DNA of 64,000 nt. It comes from Squalus acanthias. Taxonomy: Eukaryota. The stretch is taken from assembly GCA_030390025.1 (NCBI GenBank), contig CM059432.1, forward strand, positions 55,926,001 through 55,990,000, given 5' to 3'. Every line of letters begins with the position of its first letter. Position 1 is the stretch's first letter. The notes below the pieces were generated by a model that worked only from the letters and a program-made list of their open reading frames with translations, was not told where the DNA came from and ran no database searches. This document shows, in pieces, positions 25,358 through 38,024 of the stretch. Both the position numbers and the translations under genes were made by a program.

Positions 25358-28300
25358 CTAACTACCATGTCAATCCCCTTCAGAATCTTGTATGTTTCAA
25401 TGAGATCACCTTTCATTCTTCTAAACTCCAGAGAGTATAGGCCCATTCTACACAATCTCTCATCATAGGACAGCCCCCTCATCCCAGGAATCAATCTAGT
25501 GAACCTTTGTTGCACCGCCTCCAAGGCAAGTATATCCTTCCTTCGATAAGGAGACCAAAACTGTGCACAGTACTCCAGGTATGGTCTCACCAAGGCCCTG
25601 TACAATTGTAGCAAGACTTCCTTACTCTTATATTCCAACCCCCTTACAATAAAGGCCAACATGCCATTTGCCTTCCTTAGTGCTTGCTGTACCTGCATGC
25701 TAGCTTTCTGTGTTTCTTGCACGAGGACACCTAAATCTCTCTGAACACCAACATTTGAAAGTTTCTTGCCATTTTAAAAAATATTCTGTTTTTCTATTCT
25801 TCCTACCAAAGTGAGTAACCTCACATTTCCCTACATTATACTCCACCTTACTGCCCACTCACTTAGTCTATCTATATCCCTTTGCAGACTCCTTGTGTTC
25901 TCCTCACAGCTTACAGTCCCACCTAACTTTGTATCGTCAGCAAACTTGGATACATTATACTCGGTCCCTTTATCTAGGTCATTAATATAGATTGTAAATA
26001 GCTGAGGCCCCAGCACTGATCCTTGTTACAGCCTGCCAACCTGAAAAAGACCTGTTTATCCCTACTCTCTGTTTTCTGTCCATTAACCAATCCTCTATCC
26101 ATGCTACCCCCAACCCCATGAGCCCTTATCTTGTGTAATAACCATTTATGTGGCACATTATCAAATGCCTTTTGGAAATCTAAATATATTACATCCACTG
26201 GTTCTCCTTTATCTACCCTGCTAGTTACATCCTCAAAAAACTCTAATAAATTTGTCAGACACTATTTCCCTTTCATAAAACCATGTTGACTCTGCCGAAT
26301 GGTGTTATGATTTTCTAAGTACCCTGATACCACTTCCTTAACAATCGATTCCAGCATTTTCCCGATGACTGATGTCAGGCTAACTGACCTGTAGTTTCCG
26401 GTTTTCTCTCACCCTCTTTTGTGAATAGCGGTGTTACATTTGCTACCTTCCAATACACTGGAACCCTTCTAGAATCTGGGGCATTTTGGACGCTCAAAAC
26501 CAATGCATCCACTATCTCTGCAGCCACCTCTTTTAGAACCCTAGGATGTAGGCCATCAGGTCCAGGGGATTTGTCGACTTTTAGTCCCATTAGTTTCTCT
26601 CCTACTTTTTCTCTACTTAATGTAATTAATATAAGTTCCTCACCCTCATTGAACACTTGGTTCCCCACCATTTTTGTTATGCTTTTTGTGTTTTCAACTG
26701 TGAAGACAGATACAAAATATTTGTTTAACGTTTCTGCCATTTTATTATTCCCCATAATAATTTTTCCTGTCTCAGCCTCTAAGGGACCAACGTTTACTTT
26801 TGCTACTCTCTTCCTTTTTACATACTTGTAGAAGCTCTTACAATCTTTATATTTCTTGCTAGTTTTCTATCATTCTATTTTTTCCCTTTTTATCAATTTT
26901 TTGGTCATCCTTTGCTGGTTTTTGAAACTCTCCCAATCCTCAGGCTTACTACTATTCTTCGCAACATTATGAGCTTCTTCTTTCAATCTAATGTTATCCT
27001 TAACTTCTTTAGTTAGCCACGGATGGATCATTTTTCCCGTGGAGTTTTTGTTTCTCAATGGAATGTATTTGTTGAGAATTATGAAAGATTTCTTCAAATG
27101 CTAGCCACTGCTTATCTATTTTTCCAATCTACCTTCGCCAACTCAGCCCTCATACTTATGTAATTGGCTTTATTTAAGTTTAAGACTCTAGTTTCGGACT
27201 TAGAATTTCACATTAAGTTTGAGAGTGACTTGCCTATCATATTATGATCACTCTGCCCCAGAGGATCCTTTACTTTGTGATTGCTAATTAACCCTTTCTC
27301 ATTACACAATACAAGATCTAAAATAGCCTGTTCCCTGGTTGGTTCCATAACGTATTGTTCTAGGAAACTGTCTCGAATGCATTCCATAAACTGGTCCTCC
27401 AGACTGCCTTTGCCAATTTGATTTGTCCAGTCTAACTGAAGATTGAAGTCCCCCACGATTATTGCATTACCTTTGTTACAAGCTCCTACTATTTCTTGAG
27501 TAATATTCTGTCCAACGGTCCAGCTACTGTTATGGGGCCTATATACTACTCCCACCAGTGTTTTCTGCCCCTTGCTATTCCTCATCTCCACCCATACTGA
27601 TTCTACTTCCCGATCTTCCGAGCCGAGATCCTTTCTTTCTACTTTCCTTATGGCATCCTTTATTATCAGGGCTACACCCCTCCTTTTCCATTCTGCCTGT
27701 CTTTTCGAAACGTCAAGTACCCTGGAATATTTAGTTCCCAACCTTGGTCACCTTGCAACCACGTCTCTGTAATGGCTATTAGATCAAACTCATTTATCTC
27801 TATTTGTGCCACTAGTTCGTCTATCTTGTTACGAATGCTTCGTGCATTCAGATAAAGAGCCTTTAATTTAAATTTTTTGCCATTATTCCCTGCTTTGACT
27901 TTATTCTCTGCTGCACTGCTACCGTTAAACTCTCTCTCTTCCTGTCATGCTCTGCTTATTTTTACCGAAATCGCTTATCTGCTCTATTGCCTTGACCTTT
28001 CTCTTTAGATTTCTAAATTTCCCCTCACCTCACCCCCCCCCCCCCCCCCCCCGCCCAACCCCTTTATTTTTTTCGTTTAAAGTCCTATCTACAACCCTAG
28101 TTATTCGATTCACCAGGACGCTGGTCCCAGCCTGGTTTAAGTGGAGCCCGTCCCGACGGAACAGCTTCCTCTTTCCCCAGTACTTGCGACAGTGCCCTAT
28201 GAATTGAAACCCCTTCTTCCCGCACCACTCTTTGAGCCACGCATTTAACACTCTGACCTGCTTGACCCTATGCCAATTTGTGCTTGGCTCAGGTAGTAAT

Positions 28301-28795
28301 CCAGAGATTATTACCTTTTGAGGTTCTTCTTTTTAATTTCGACCCTAGCTCCTCAAATTCCCTCAGCAGAACCTCATTCTTAGTTCTACCTATGTCGTTG
28401 GTTCCTACATGGACCACGACAACTGGATCCTCCCCCTCCCACTTCAAGTTCTTCTCCAGCCGCGAGGAGATATCCTTAACCCTGGCACCGGGCAGACAAC
28501 ACAGCCTTTGGGACTCTCTTTCATGGCTGCAGAGAACAGTATCTATCCCTCTGACTATACTGTCCCCTACCACTACCACATTCTTTCCTTTTCCCCCCAC
28601 TTGGATGGCCCCCTGTACCATGGTGCCGTGGTCAGTTTGTCCATCCTCCCTGCAGTCCTTTTCCTCATCCATACAGGTAGCAAGTACCTCGTACCTGTTG
28701 GACAAGGTCAAGGGCTGAGGCTCCTCCATCACTACATCCTGGGTCCCCAAACCTGCCTGACTCGCAGTCACACCCTCCTGTCCCTGACACAGCAC
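25358..28795 (-). mobile_element. CR1 LINE with ORF1 esterase domain and decayed ORF2
   Basis: ORF1: VVVGDSIVRG...LPGARVKD...HVGTNDIG (SGNH/GDSL esterase known from CR1 ORF1); ORF2 EN/RT motifs in ORFs 27208-27741, 26375-26755, 25974-26198, 25354-25722. Confidence 0.93.
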
Positions 28796-29769
28796 TCTTA
28801 ATTAGGTTTATTAAGGTTTTATATAGGCTCATAGTTGCCTCTTGGCTTTTGTATTCTACACCTTTTGTAATAAAACCTAGAATTCCATTAGCTTTTTTAC
28901 CACATTATCAATGTGAGGTTAGGCAAGGGGAAAATCAGGTGAGGTTTCTACTTCTGATTGCTCTTCAATGACCCATGCTGGAACGTGCTATTCAATGACC
29001 CATGCTGGAAAGTATGTGCAGATGGATTATGGGTAAGGATAAGAGCCAGTAAGAGGCCTGCATGTGACCTCCAGACCACGGAGCTTAGTGGGAACGTTGA
29101 CTGGAGGAGGTTACAGAGATAGGGAGGGGCGAGACCATGGAGGGATTTGGAAACAAGGATTTTAAAATCGAGACGTTGCCAGACCTGGAGCCAATGTAGG
29201 TCAGCGAGCACAGGGGTGATTGGTCAAGCAGCATCTGTAAAGAGAAAACATTTTTAACACTTCAGATGAAGAATCGTCATTGGAACTGGAAACTGAAAGA
29301 GAAATAATCCGCTTAATAGGACTATCCAAAATTGGGGGTGAGAACAATGGGCAGAAGTCAAAAATCAGGAATGCTGACTCCTGTCACAGAAACTATCTCT
29401 GCCCTTTTCTCAGAAGCTGAGATGCATAGTGGGTCTGTTTTCATGGTGGGTGGGAGGGTGGATGCTTTGTTGGGACACACTTAAGACAAGGGGTTGCTGG
29501 GGGTACGGGTTTGCACCTAGGTTTGTTGCCGTATCTTTTCAGGTATTTTTGGGTTCTGGCAGACCTGCATGTATTTTTAACATTTTCTGTTTTCATTTCA
29601 GATTTCCTGCATTTGTAGTTTTTTTTCTTTTTATTTGCTTCTTTATATGTATATCTTTCACATGCCTTTTCTCTTCCATTTTACAGCGTTTACTAAATAG
29701 AAAATATTTTAGAGACAGAAAAGGGCATGCTATGTTAGGTAATCTACTTTGGTTCGCGAAACATAAATT

Positions 29770-30685
<916 letters not shown>

Positions 30686-30799
30686 TGAGTATAGATAAGT
30701 TCAGATACAATCGTCTTGCTTTCAACAAGAAAGCAAATCTCTCTGAAACAGCAACATTTCACCTCATTAATAACGGAACATGAACTTCCTAAAACAGAA

Positions 30800-32330
30800 G
30801 CACAAAGCTCTAAATTAGCAACTTCTCATCCTCACTGACCAACTTCCACTTAAATTCCCTGTGCTCCCACTCCTCTGACTTTTATGCCCCCTTGTCCTCA
30901 CTTAACCTCACCCAACCTCACCCATGACATAATTTCCTGTACCCAAACACCCAGCTACACCTTGACCTGTGGTCTTCGTACCTCTGAAATCTCAATCATT
31001 GACATGGCTCTCAAAGACTACCTCCACCTCCAGAAAAACTTTTTTTCCCACCTGCTCAGCAACTCACTCCTTAACTGCACCTGTCATGACACTACTGCTG
31101 TTAACCTGCTCAGCAGTTGTCTCACTTCTACTTTTACACCCTTGCCTCACCGTCTCTCATCGCCACTTCTCCACAGATACAATTCCCATCTTGGCATCCT
31201 GAAGTCCTGACGGCTGCAGACTTGAGTGCACCTGGTGTGCTTATTTACTGCTGCTCTAGATCAACTATTTCAAGCATTCTCACGCCTTCCTCTTGGCTAA
31301 ATCTTAATGCTCTAGAATCATTTTGGAGAATAAGGGCAACCCACTGTTCTTTATGAAAAATTATCTCCTCAAATCCTCTTTCTCCATGACTTCCATCCTC
31401 ATTTTTAACACCAAGAGCAGAAAGCTTGTGAATTTCTTTGACTTGAACCTGGGCAGATCATCTCAATCTTTCTTAGCCGTCCCGGACCACCCTCCAGCCC
31501 GAATTCATCCTAGCTACGATGGCTACTACTCTACCATCTCCCCACCCCCAGTCCATTTTAATATTACCAAGTCCATGCGACCCAGCTTTGATTTTGTCCC
31601 ACCTGGCCACTGACCACTTAACTATGTTTCCCGTCTCTATACTCACTAACTCTGTTACTTTCTTCCTTTGCTCAGGCACCGTTCCCCTGCCTTTCAAAAT
31701 TGCAGTCATTGTTTTCTTCAAAAAACACATTTAGTCCATCATGTCTCCAGCTTTCAGCTCAGTTCTAGCCTCCCTTTCCTAAGGTCCTTGAACACATTGT
31801 CCCTCCAAGCTATGCACTTAACCTTTCTCAAAACATTCTACTCTTAATTCCTTCAGTCCAATTTCTACCTTGCTCATAGCCACCAAGACCACCCCGGTCA
31901 AAGTCATGAGCGATATTATCTATGGTTATGGATGCGTGCACATTATCCCATCAACATGGTGATTATGCTATCTTCCTCAAGTGCCTCTCCATGATCCAAC
32001 TCTGTAGGACTGCCTTAATGGTTCTACTCCCATTTGTCCCAATGCAGCCAACACATCCCGAGCAATGATTTCTCCTTCTGTCCACATAGTCACAGCCAGT
32101 GTACATCAAGGATTAATTATTGTCCCCTCCTCTTCCTCATTAAGTGTTCCTTGGTGACATTATCTGTGGTGTCCACTTCCAAACTCTTATCTCTCCAACA
32201 CTTTTTTTCAATCCCATGTCCATGTACCTGCTGTCAGACTGATCTTAAATCATGTATGTTAGAATTTCCTCCAATTGAACATCAGGCAGGCCAAAGCTAT
32301 AATTTTTGGCCCCTGCTAAAAATTCTGCTC
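30800..32330 (+). mobile_element. Highly degraded L2-like LINE fragment
   Basis: C-rich composition with remnants HTLDL, SGTVP..FK.A, 'ccaagaccacc..gtcaaagtc'. Confidence 0.5.
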
Positions 32331-32334
32331 CCTT

Positions 32335-33045
32335 GCTACCTGCAGTCTACGGTTTTCTTCCTCACTGTCAACTACACAGCCAATTTTTGTATCATCTGCA
32401 GACTTCTTAATCATGCCTCCTACATTGAAGTCTAAATCATTGATATATACCACAAAAAGCAAGGGACCTAGTACTGAGCCCTGTGGAACCCCACTGGAAA
32501 CAGCCTTCCAGTCACAGAAACACCCATCGACCATTACCCTCTGCTTTTTGCCACTGAGCCAATTTTGGATCCAAGTTGCCATTTTCCCTTGGATCCCATG
32601 GGCTTTTACTTTTTTGACCAACCTGCCATGTGGGACCTTGTCAAAGGCCTTGCTAAAATCCATGGAGACTACATCAAATGCAGTACCCTCATTGACCCTC
32701 CTCAAAAAATTCAATCAAGTTAGTCAGACACAACCTTCCCATGACTGCCCTTGATTAATCTGTGACTTTCTAAATGACGATTTATACTGTTCCTCAGTAT
32801 TTTTTCCAATAATTTTCCCACCAACGAGGTTAGGCTTACTGGCCTGTAATTACTCGGTCTATCCCTTTCTCCCTTTTTAAACAATGGCACAACGTTCGCA
32901 GTCCTCTGGCACCATGCCTGCAGCCAGAAAGGATTGGAAAGTGATAGTCAGAGCCTCTGCTGTTTCCTCCCTTGCCTCTCTTAACAGCCTGGGATACATT
33001 TCATCCAGGCCTGATGATTTATCTACTTTCAAGGATGCTAAACCT
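32335..33045 (-). mobile_element. CR1 RT fragment
   Basis: MDFSKAFDKVPHGRL, SGVPQGSVLGPLLF, ADDTK. Confidence 0.9.
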
Positions 33046-33288
33046 CTTATGCATGAATGCATTCTCTCATTTAGTATGTTATGTCAAAATAAACCAAATT
33101 AAGTGTTATCAGGGAAACTTGGTACGTTCTCGTGGTATCATTAAAATTGTTATAAACTACAGTTTCTTTATTAACAAGATAACCAATTTTAATTCTGATT
33201 TTCAATATTAACTGTTTTACATAACATTTTATTGAGGTGGGTGTGAAATGCTTTCATAAATTCTTCATTGGTTTCATTCTCTTCATAG

Positions 33289-33355
33289 GAATTCATCTGG
33301 TACCTCTAGACGAGTCAGTGACTGTAGAGCTAGTTCCACCATAGACAATAGTCAA
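33289..33355 (+). CDS. ROCK1: ROCK1 exon (~11), divergent Ser-rich linker
   Basis: tcatag|GAATTC...AGTCAA|gtaagg; phase 2 in and phase 0 out as the neighbouring exons require; QNSSGTSRRVSDCRASSTIDNSQ. Confidence 0.85.
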
Positions 33356-34002
33356 GTAAGGATTTTATGTTATTGCTTTCAGGTGATAATATTTGAATAG
33401 TGTAAATATCATAATTGTTCATGCAGCCGTCCTAGTTGCATTTCTCTCTCTGCAATCCAGAAAACAAACTTTTTTTGTAAATGGTTACTAAAACATGAAC
33501 TCCAGTCTCAAACCATTTTGTATGAAATAAATAATTTGTTTTTGGAGAGGAGTGGAGGGAATAAAGTGAGGAGCAACATCTTCTCTATAGCTCATTTCAG
33601 GATTTTCTTTCAGATAGCTTTACAAACTTTTCAAAGCTGGAGTAGAGAGTTGTGATGCAGGCTTATGGTATTTAAAATGAAGGTATCTGATAAAACTAGG
33701 TCTAACAATGTTGAAGAAAATAATGAGGAATGTAGAAAGTGTAGTGGGGATGTGAAAATGGCGATTAGAAGGGTTAAAAGGGAATATAAAAAAGGCTAGC
33801 TTATAATCAAAAACAAAATATTAAGGGCCTTTATAAGAATGAAATATTTAGTGGGGATAGAACCACTCGAGAATGAAGGAGGAAATCTAGTTCTGGAGGG
33901 CGAAGGTACAGAAAGCTGTTTGATGACAGGAAACTAAGTGTTAGTATTAATGGTGTTGCTGAGATTGGAACGAGTTGAAAGTGATGCCAAGATTGGTGGG
34001 AG

Positions 34003-35897
34003 ACCAGAGGATTGGGAAATTTTAAAAAACCAGCAAAGGATGACTAAAAAAAAAATAGAGAGAGAAGATGAATTATGAGAGTAAACTGGCAAGAAACATT
34101 AAAACAGATAGTAAGAGCTTCTACAGGTATATAAAAAGGAAGAGGGTAGCTAAAGTAAATGTTGCTCCCTTAGAGGATGAGACTGGGAAATTAATAATGG
34201 GGAACGGGGAAATGGCAGAGACTCTGAACAAATATTTTGTATCTGTCTTCACGGTAGAAGACACTAACAACATCCCAATAATGGATAATCAAGGGGCCAC
34301 AAGGAGGGGGGAACTAAAGACAATTGCTATCACTAAGGAAATAGTACTTGGTAAAATAATGGGACTAAAAGATGACAAGTCCACTGGACAGATGGCCTGC
34401 ATCCCAGGGTCTTAAAAGAAGTGGCTGCAGAGATAGTGGATGCATTGGTTGCAATATACCAAAATTCCCTGGACTCTGGAGAGGTCCCAGCGGATTGGAA
34501 AACCACAAATGTAACACCCCTATTTAAGAAAGGAGGGAGACAGAAAGCAGGAAACTATAGACCAGTTAGCTTAACATCTGTCGTTGGGAAAATGCTGGAG
34601 TCCTTCATTAAGGAAGCAGTAGCAGGGCATTTGGAAAATCATAATGCAGTCAAGCAGAGTCAGCATGGTTTTATGAAAGGGAAATCATGTTTAACAAACT
34701 TGCTGGAGATCTTTGAGGAGGTAACGAGCAGGGTGGACAAAGGTGAACCAGTGGATGTGGTGTATTTGGATTTCCAGAAGGCATTCGATAAGGTGCCACA
34801 TAAAAGGTTACTGCATAAGATAAGAGCTCACGAAATTGGGGGTAATATAACTAACAAAGCAGAGAGTCGGGATAAGTGGGTCATTTTCTGGTTGGCAAAC
34901 GGTAACTAATGGGGTGCCACAGGGATCGGTGCTGGGGCCTCAACTATTTACAATCTATATTAATGACTTGGATGAAGGGACCGAGTGTAATGTAGCCAAG
35001 TTTGCAGATGATACAAAGATGGGTGGGAAAGCAAGTTGTGCAGAGGACTCAAAGAACCTGCAAAGGGATATTGACAGGCTAAGTGAGTGGGCAAACATTT
35101 GGCAGATAGGAGTATAATGTGGGAAAGTGCAAGGTTATACACTTTGGCAGGAAAAATAAAAAAGCAAATTATTATTTAAATGGAGAGAGATTACAAAATG
35201 TGCATGAAACACAAAAAGTTAGCATGCAGGTACAGCAAGTAATCAAAAAGGCAAATGGAATGTTGGCCTTTATTTCAAAGGGGTTGGAGTATAAAAGCAG
35301 GGAAGTGCTGCTACAACTGTACAGGGCATTGGTGAGACCACACCTTGAGTACTGCGTACAGTTTTGGTCTCCTTATTTAAGGAAGGATATACTTGCATTG
35401 GAGGCAGTTCAGAGACGATTCACTCGGTTAATTCCAGAGATGAGGGGGTTGACTTATGAGGAATGGTTGAGCAGGCTGGGCCTATACTCATTGGAATTTA
35501 GAAGAATGAGAGGTGATCTTATTGAAACATATAAGATACTGAGGGGGCATGACAAGGTAGATGCAGAGAGGATGTTTCCCCTCATGGGGAAATCTAGAAC
35601 GCGGGGGCACAGTCTCAGAATAAAGGGTCGCCCTTTTAGAACTGAGATGAGAAGGAATTTCTTCTCTGAGGGCCGTAAATCTGTGGAATTCTCTGCCCCA
35701 GAGAGCTGTGGAGGCTGGGTCATTAAATACATTTAAGGTGGAGATAGACAAATTTTTGCAAGATAAGTGAGTGAAGGGCAATGGGGAGCGGGCGGGGTAG
35801 TGGCTTTGAGCCCAAGATCAGCCATGATCTTATTGAATGGCGGAGCAGGCTCAAGGGGCCAAGTGGCCTATTCCTGTTCCTATTTCTTATGCTCTTA
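34003..35897 (+). mobile_element. CR1 LINE, 5'-truncated, RT and 3' UTR
   Basis: ORFs 34068-35736 with CR1 RT motifs; tail 'tcctatttcttatgctcttatg'. Confidence 0.93.
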
Positions 35898-36543
35898 TGA
35901 TGTACCCCAGAAGCCAGTGCTGGATCCACTTTTGTTCTTGATACATGATTTGGACTTGGGCATAGGGAGCAACTCTAGCACATTAATGATGAATCATTTA
36001 GGGTAATGTTTCTTGCATGGATGAATGAGAATTTATAAAACTCACTAGTTAGTTTCTCAGGCTAGTGAGTTTTCACAAAATGATCTTTATATATGCAGCA
36101 GCCATAGTCAGTTTAAATAAATGCTTCAGCGAAGGTGTGTCATGATCATTTATTGCATTAATTACAACTAGATTTCTGAAGTGTCAGCTTGGCTCAATTG
36201 GTAGCATTTTCACGTCTGACTGTGGTTGTAAATTCAATCCCCAATCCAAGACTTGACGCATAAAGTAGGCTGATGCTTTAGTGCTCCACTGAGGGTGTAC
36301 TGCATTGTCAAAGGTGGCCTCCTTCAGATGAGATGTTTATATAAATGCAAGTCTTTTTTTCAGATGGAAAGTGTTGCACAATATCTGGATGTTGGTAATT
36401 AATGTAGGATTTACCTACAGCAATGAATTTAAACAAGCCCAGTGATGTCATGTATTTCACTCTTTTTCTACTTGGTATTCAATCTTAGAAATTTGAAGAA
36501 AATAGTTTAATGAGTACTTCACCTTAGCTGTCTTGCTTTTAAG

Positions 36544-36632
36544 GTTGAAAATTTGAAAAAGTCAATTTATGAACTTGAAGAGCAATTACATAATGGAATA
36601 CAATTAAAGGATGAATGGGAACAAAAATTCAG
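36544..36632 (+). CDS. ROCK1: ROCK1 exon (~12), start of coiled coil
   Basis: tttaag|GTTGAA...ATTCAG|gtaagg; VENLKKSIYELEEQLHNGIQLKDEWEQKFR. Confidence 0.94.
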
Positions 36633-36747
36633 GTAAGGCACTGTCTCAAGCTGTCCATTTTTAATGTGTTGGAGAGCCCACCCCTTTCTTTAATTCTGTT
36701 TTTAGATTGCAGCACTAAAATCACATTATGAGCATAAATGCATGTCA

Positions 36748-36941
36748 CAAAATAAAAACAGAAAATGCTGGAAATACTCAGCTGGTCAGGCAGCATCTGT
36801 GGAGAGAGAAAAACTGAGTTAACGTTTCAGGTCTGAAACGTTAACTCTGTTTCTCTCTCCACGGATGCTGCCTGACCTGAGTGTTTCCAGCATTTTCTGT
36901 TTTTATTTCAGATTTCCAGCATCCGCGGTATTCTGCTTTTG
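36748..36941. mobile_element. Penelope-like fold-back element with 13-bp TSD
   Basis: TSD TAAATGCATGTCA at 36735-47 and 36942-54; inverted arms ~36750-36830 and 36833-36908. Confidence 0.8.
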
Positions 36942-37074
36942 TAAATGCATGTCATGTTTGAAACAGTGGTATGACCAAGAATGTTCTGGCGAGGGGTAGT
37001 AGGCAAGAATCTGTGCACACTATATGTTTTCTGTTTATTTTTCTTATGAAAGTGCTCAATGCTTTTTTTTCTAG

Positions 37075-37123
37075 GATGGCAACCACAAAGTTAGAGAAAA
37101 TAACAAAGGAACTGGATGATGAG
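37075..37123 (+). CDS. ROCK1: ROCK1 exon (~13)
   Basis: ttctag|GATGGC...GATGAG|gtgatt; MATTKLEKITKELDDE. Confidence 0.93.
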
Positions 37124-37765
37124 GTGATTTGCTTTGTTTTCAGATTTGTTTATAATTTATTGTACTGTTTCCTACACAAGTGTAAGTCGGTATTTAACAT
37201 TCCAGTTCATAAAATGTTAAAATAGTTCTATTAGTAAATTGAACATTAAAAAAAAATGTATTTGGGTTTTTTCATAAGTAAACTTATTATTTGTAATACC
37301 ATAAATGTGGAGCATGCAGTTAATCTTCATTTAAAGCTGTAGCATCCAAAATGTAAAATTGCTGAGTTTTAGAAATATTTGCTATAGTTTGGATTTGTTT
37401 ACCATTAGCAACAAAATGTGGGTTCTGTTCCTTTTTCACAAAGCATAGTATCCCAAAATGTGGAGATTACTTTAAAATTGTGATATTTTTAAATTCACAT
37501 ACTATAGGACTTTGTATTGTATCTGCATTTTGTTTAATGTAAAAGAAGTTTAAAAAAATCTGTCTTGATCACCAATATCCTTAGAAACTGGTATACAAAT
37601 TTTAAGCTTTTCGATTGAGACATACTCGCATTCAGAAAATGTCGTGCCATATTATTGAGTGTACTATTTTCAATGTTTTTGGATTTATCATTCTGATGGT
37701 TTTTTTTATTTTGTTCACTGAAAATTTTTCCAGTTTAAAATTTTGTGTTTTGGCTTTATCTGTAG

Positions 37766-37901
37766 GGCAATGCAAGAAAAAGTTTAGAGGTTAATGTGTC
37801 TCAGCTTGAGAAGGAAAAAATGATGGTACAGCACAAAATCAACGAATACCAAAGGAAGTTGGAACAAGAGGCTGAAAAGAGGCGCAATTTAGAAAATGAG
37901 G
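37766..37901 (+). CDS. ROCK1: ROCK1 exon (~14), HR1-like coiled coil
   Basis: ctgtag|GGCAAT...ATGAGG|gtgagc; GNARKSLEVNVSQLEKEKMMVQHKINEYQRKLEQEAEKRRNLENE. Confidence 0.95.
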
Positions 37902-38024
37902 GTGAGCTAGTTGGCTACTAACTACAGTGTGATACCCATGTTTGCATGTTTCTAAAATGTTATGACCTTGTTTAGTGCAAACTTGGTCACCAAACTACAC
38001 ACTGAATAATTTTGTGTTTTTTTT

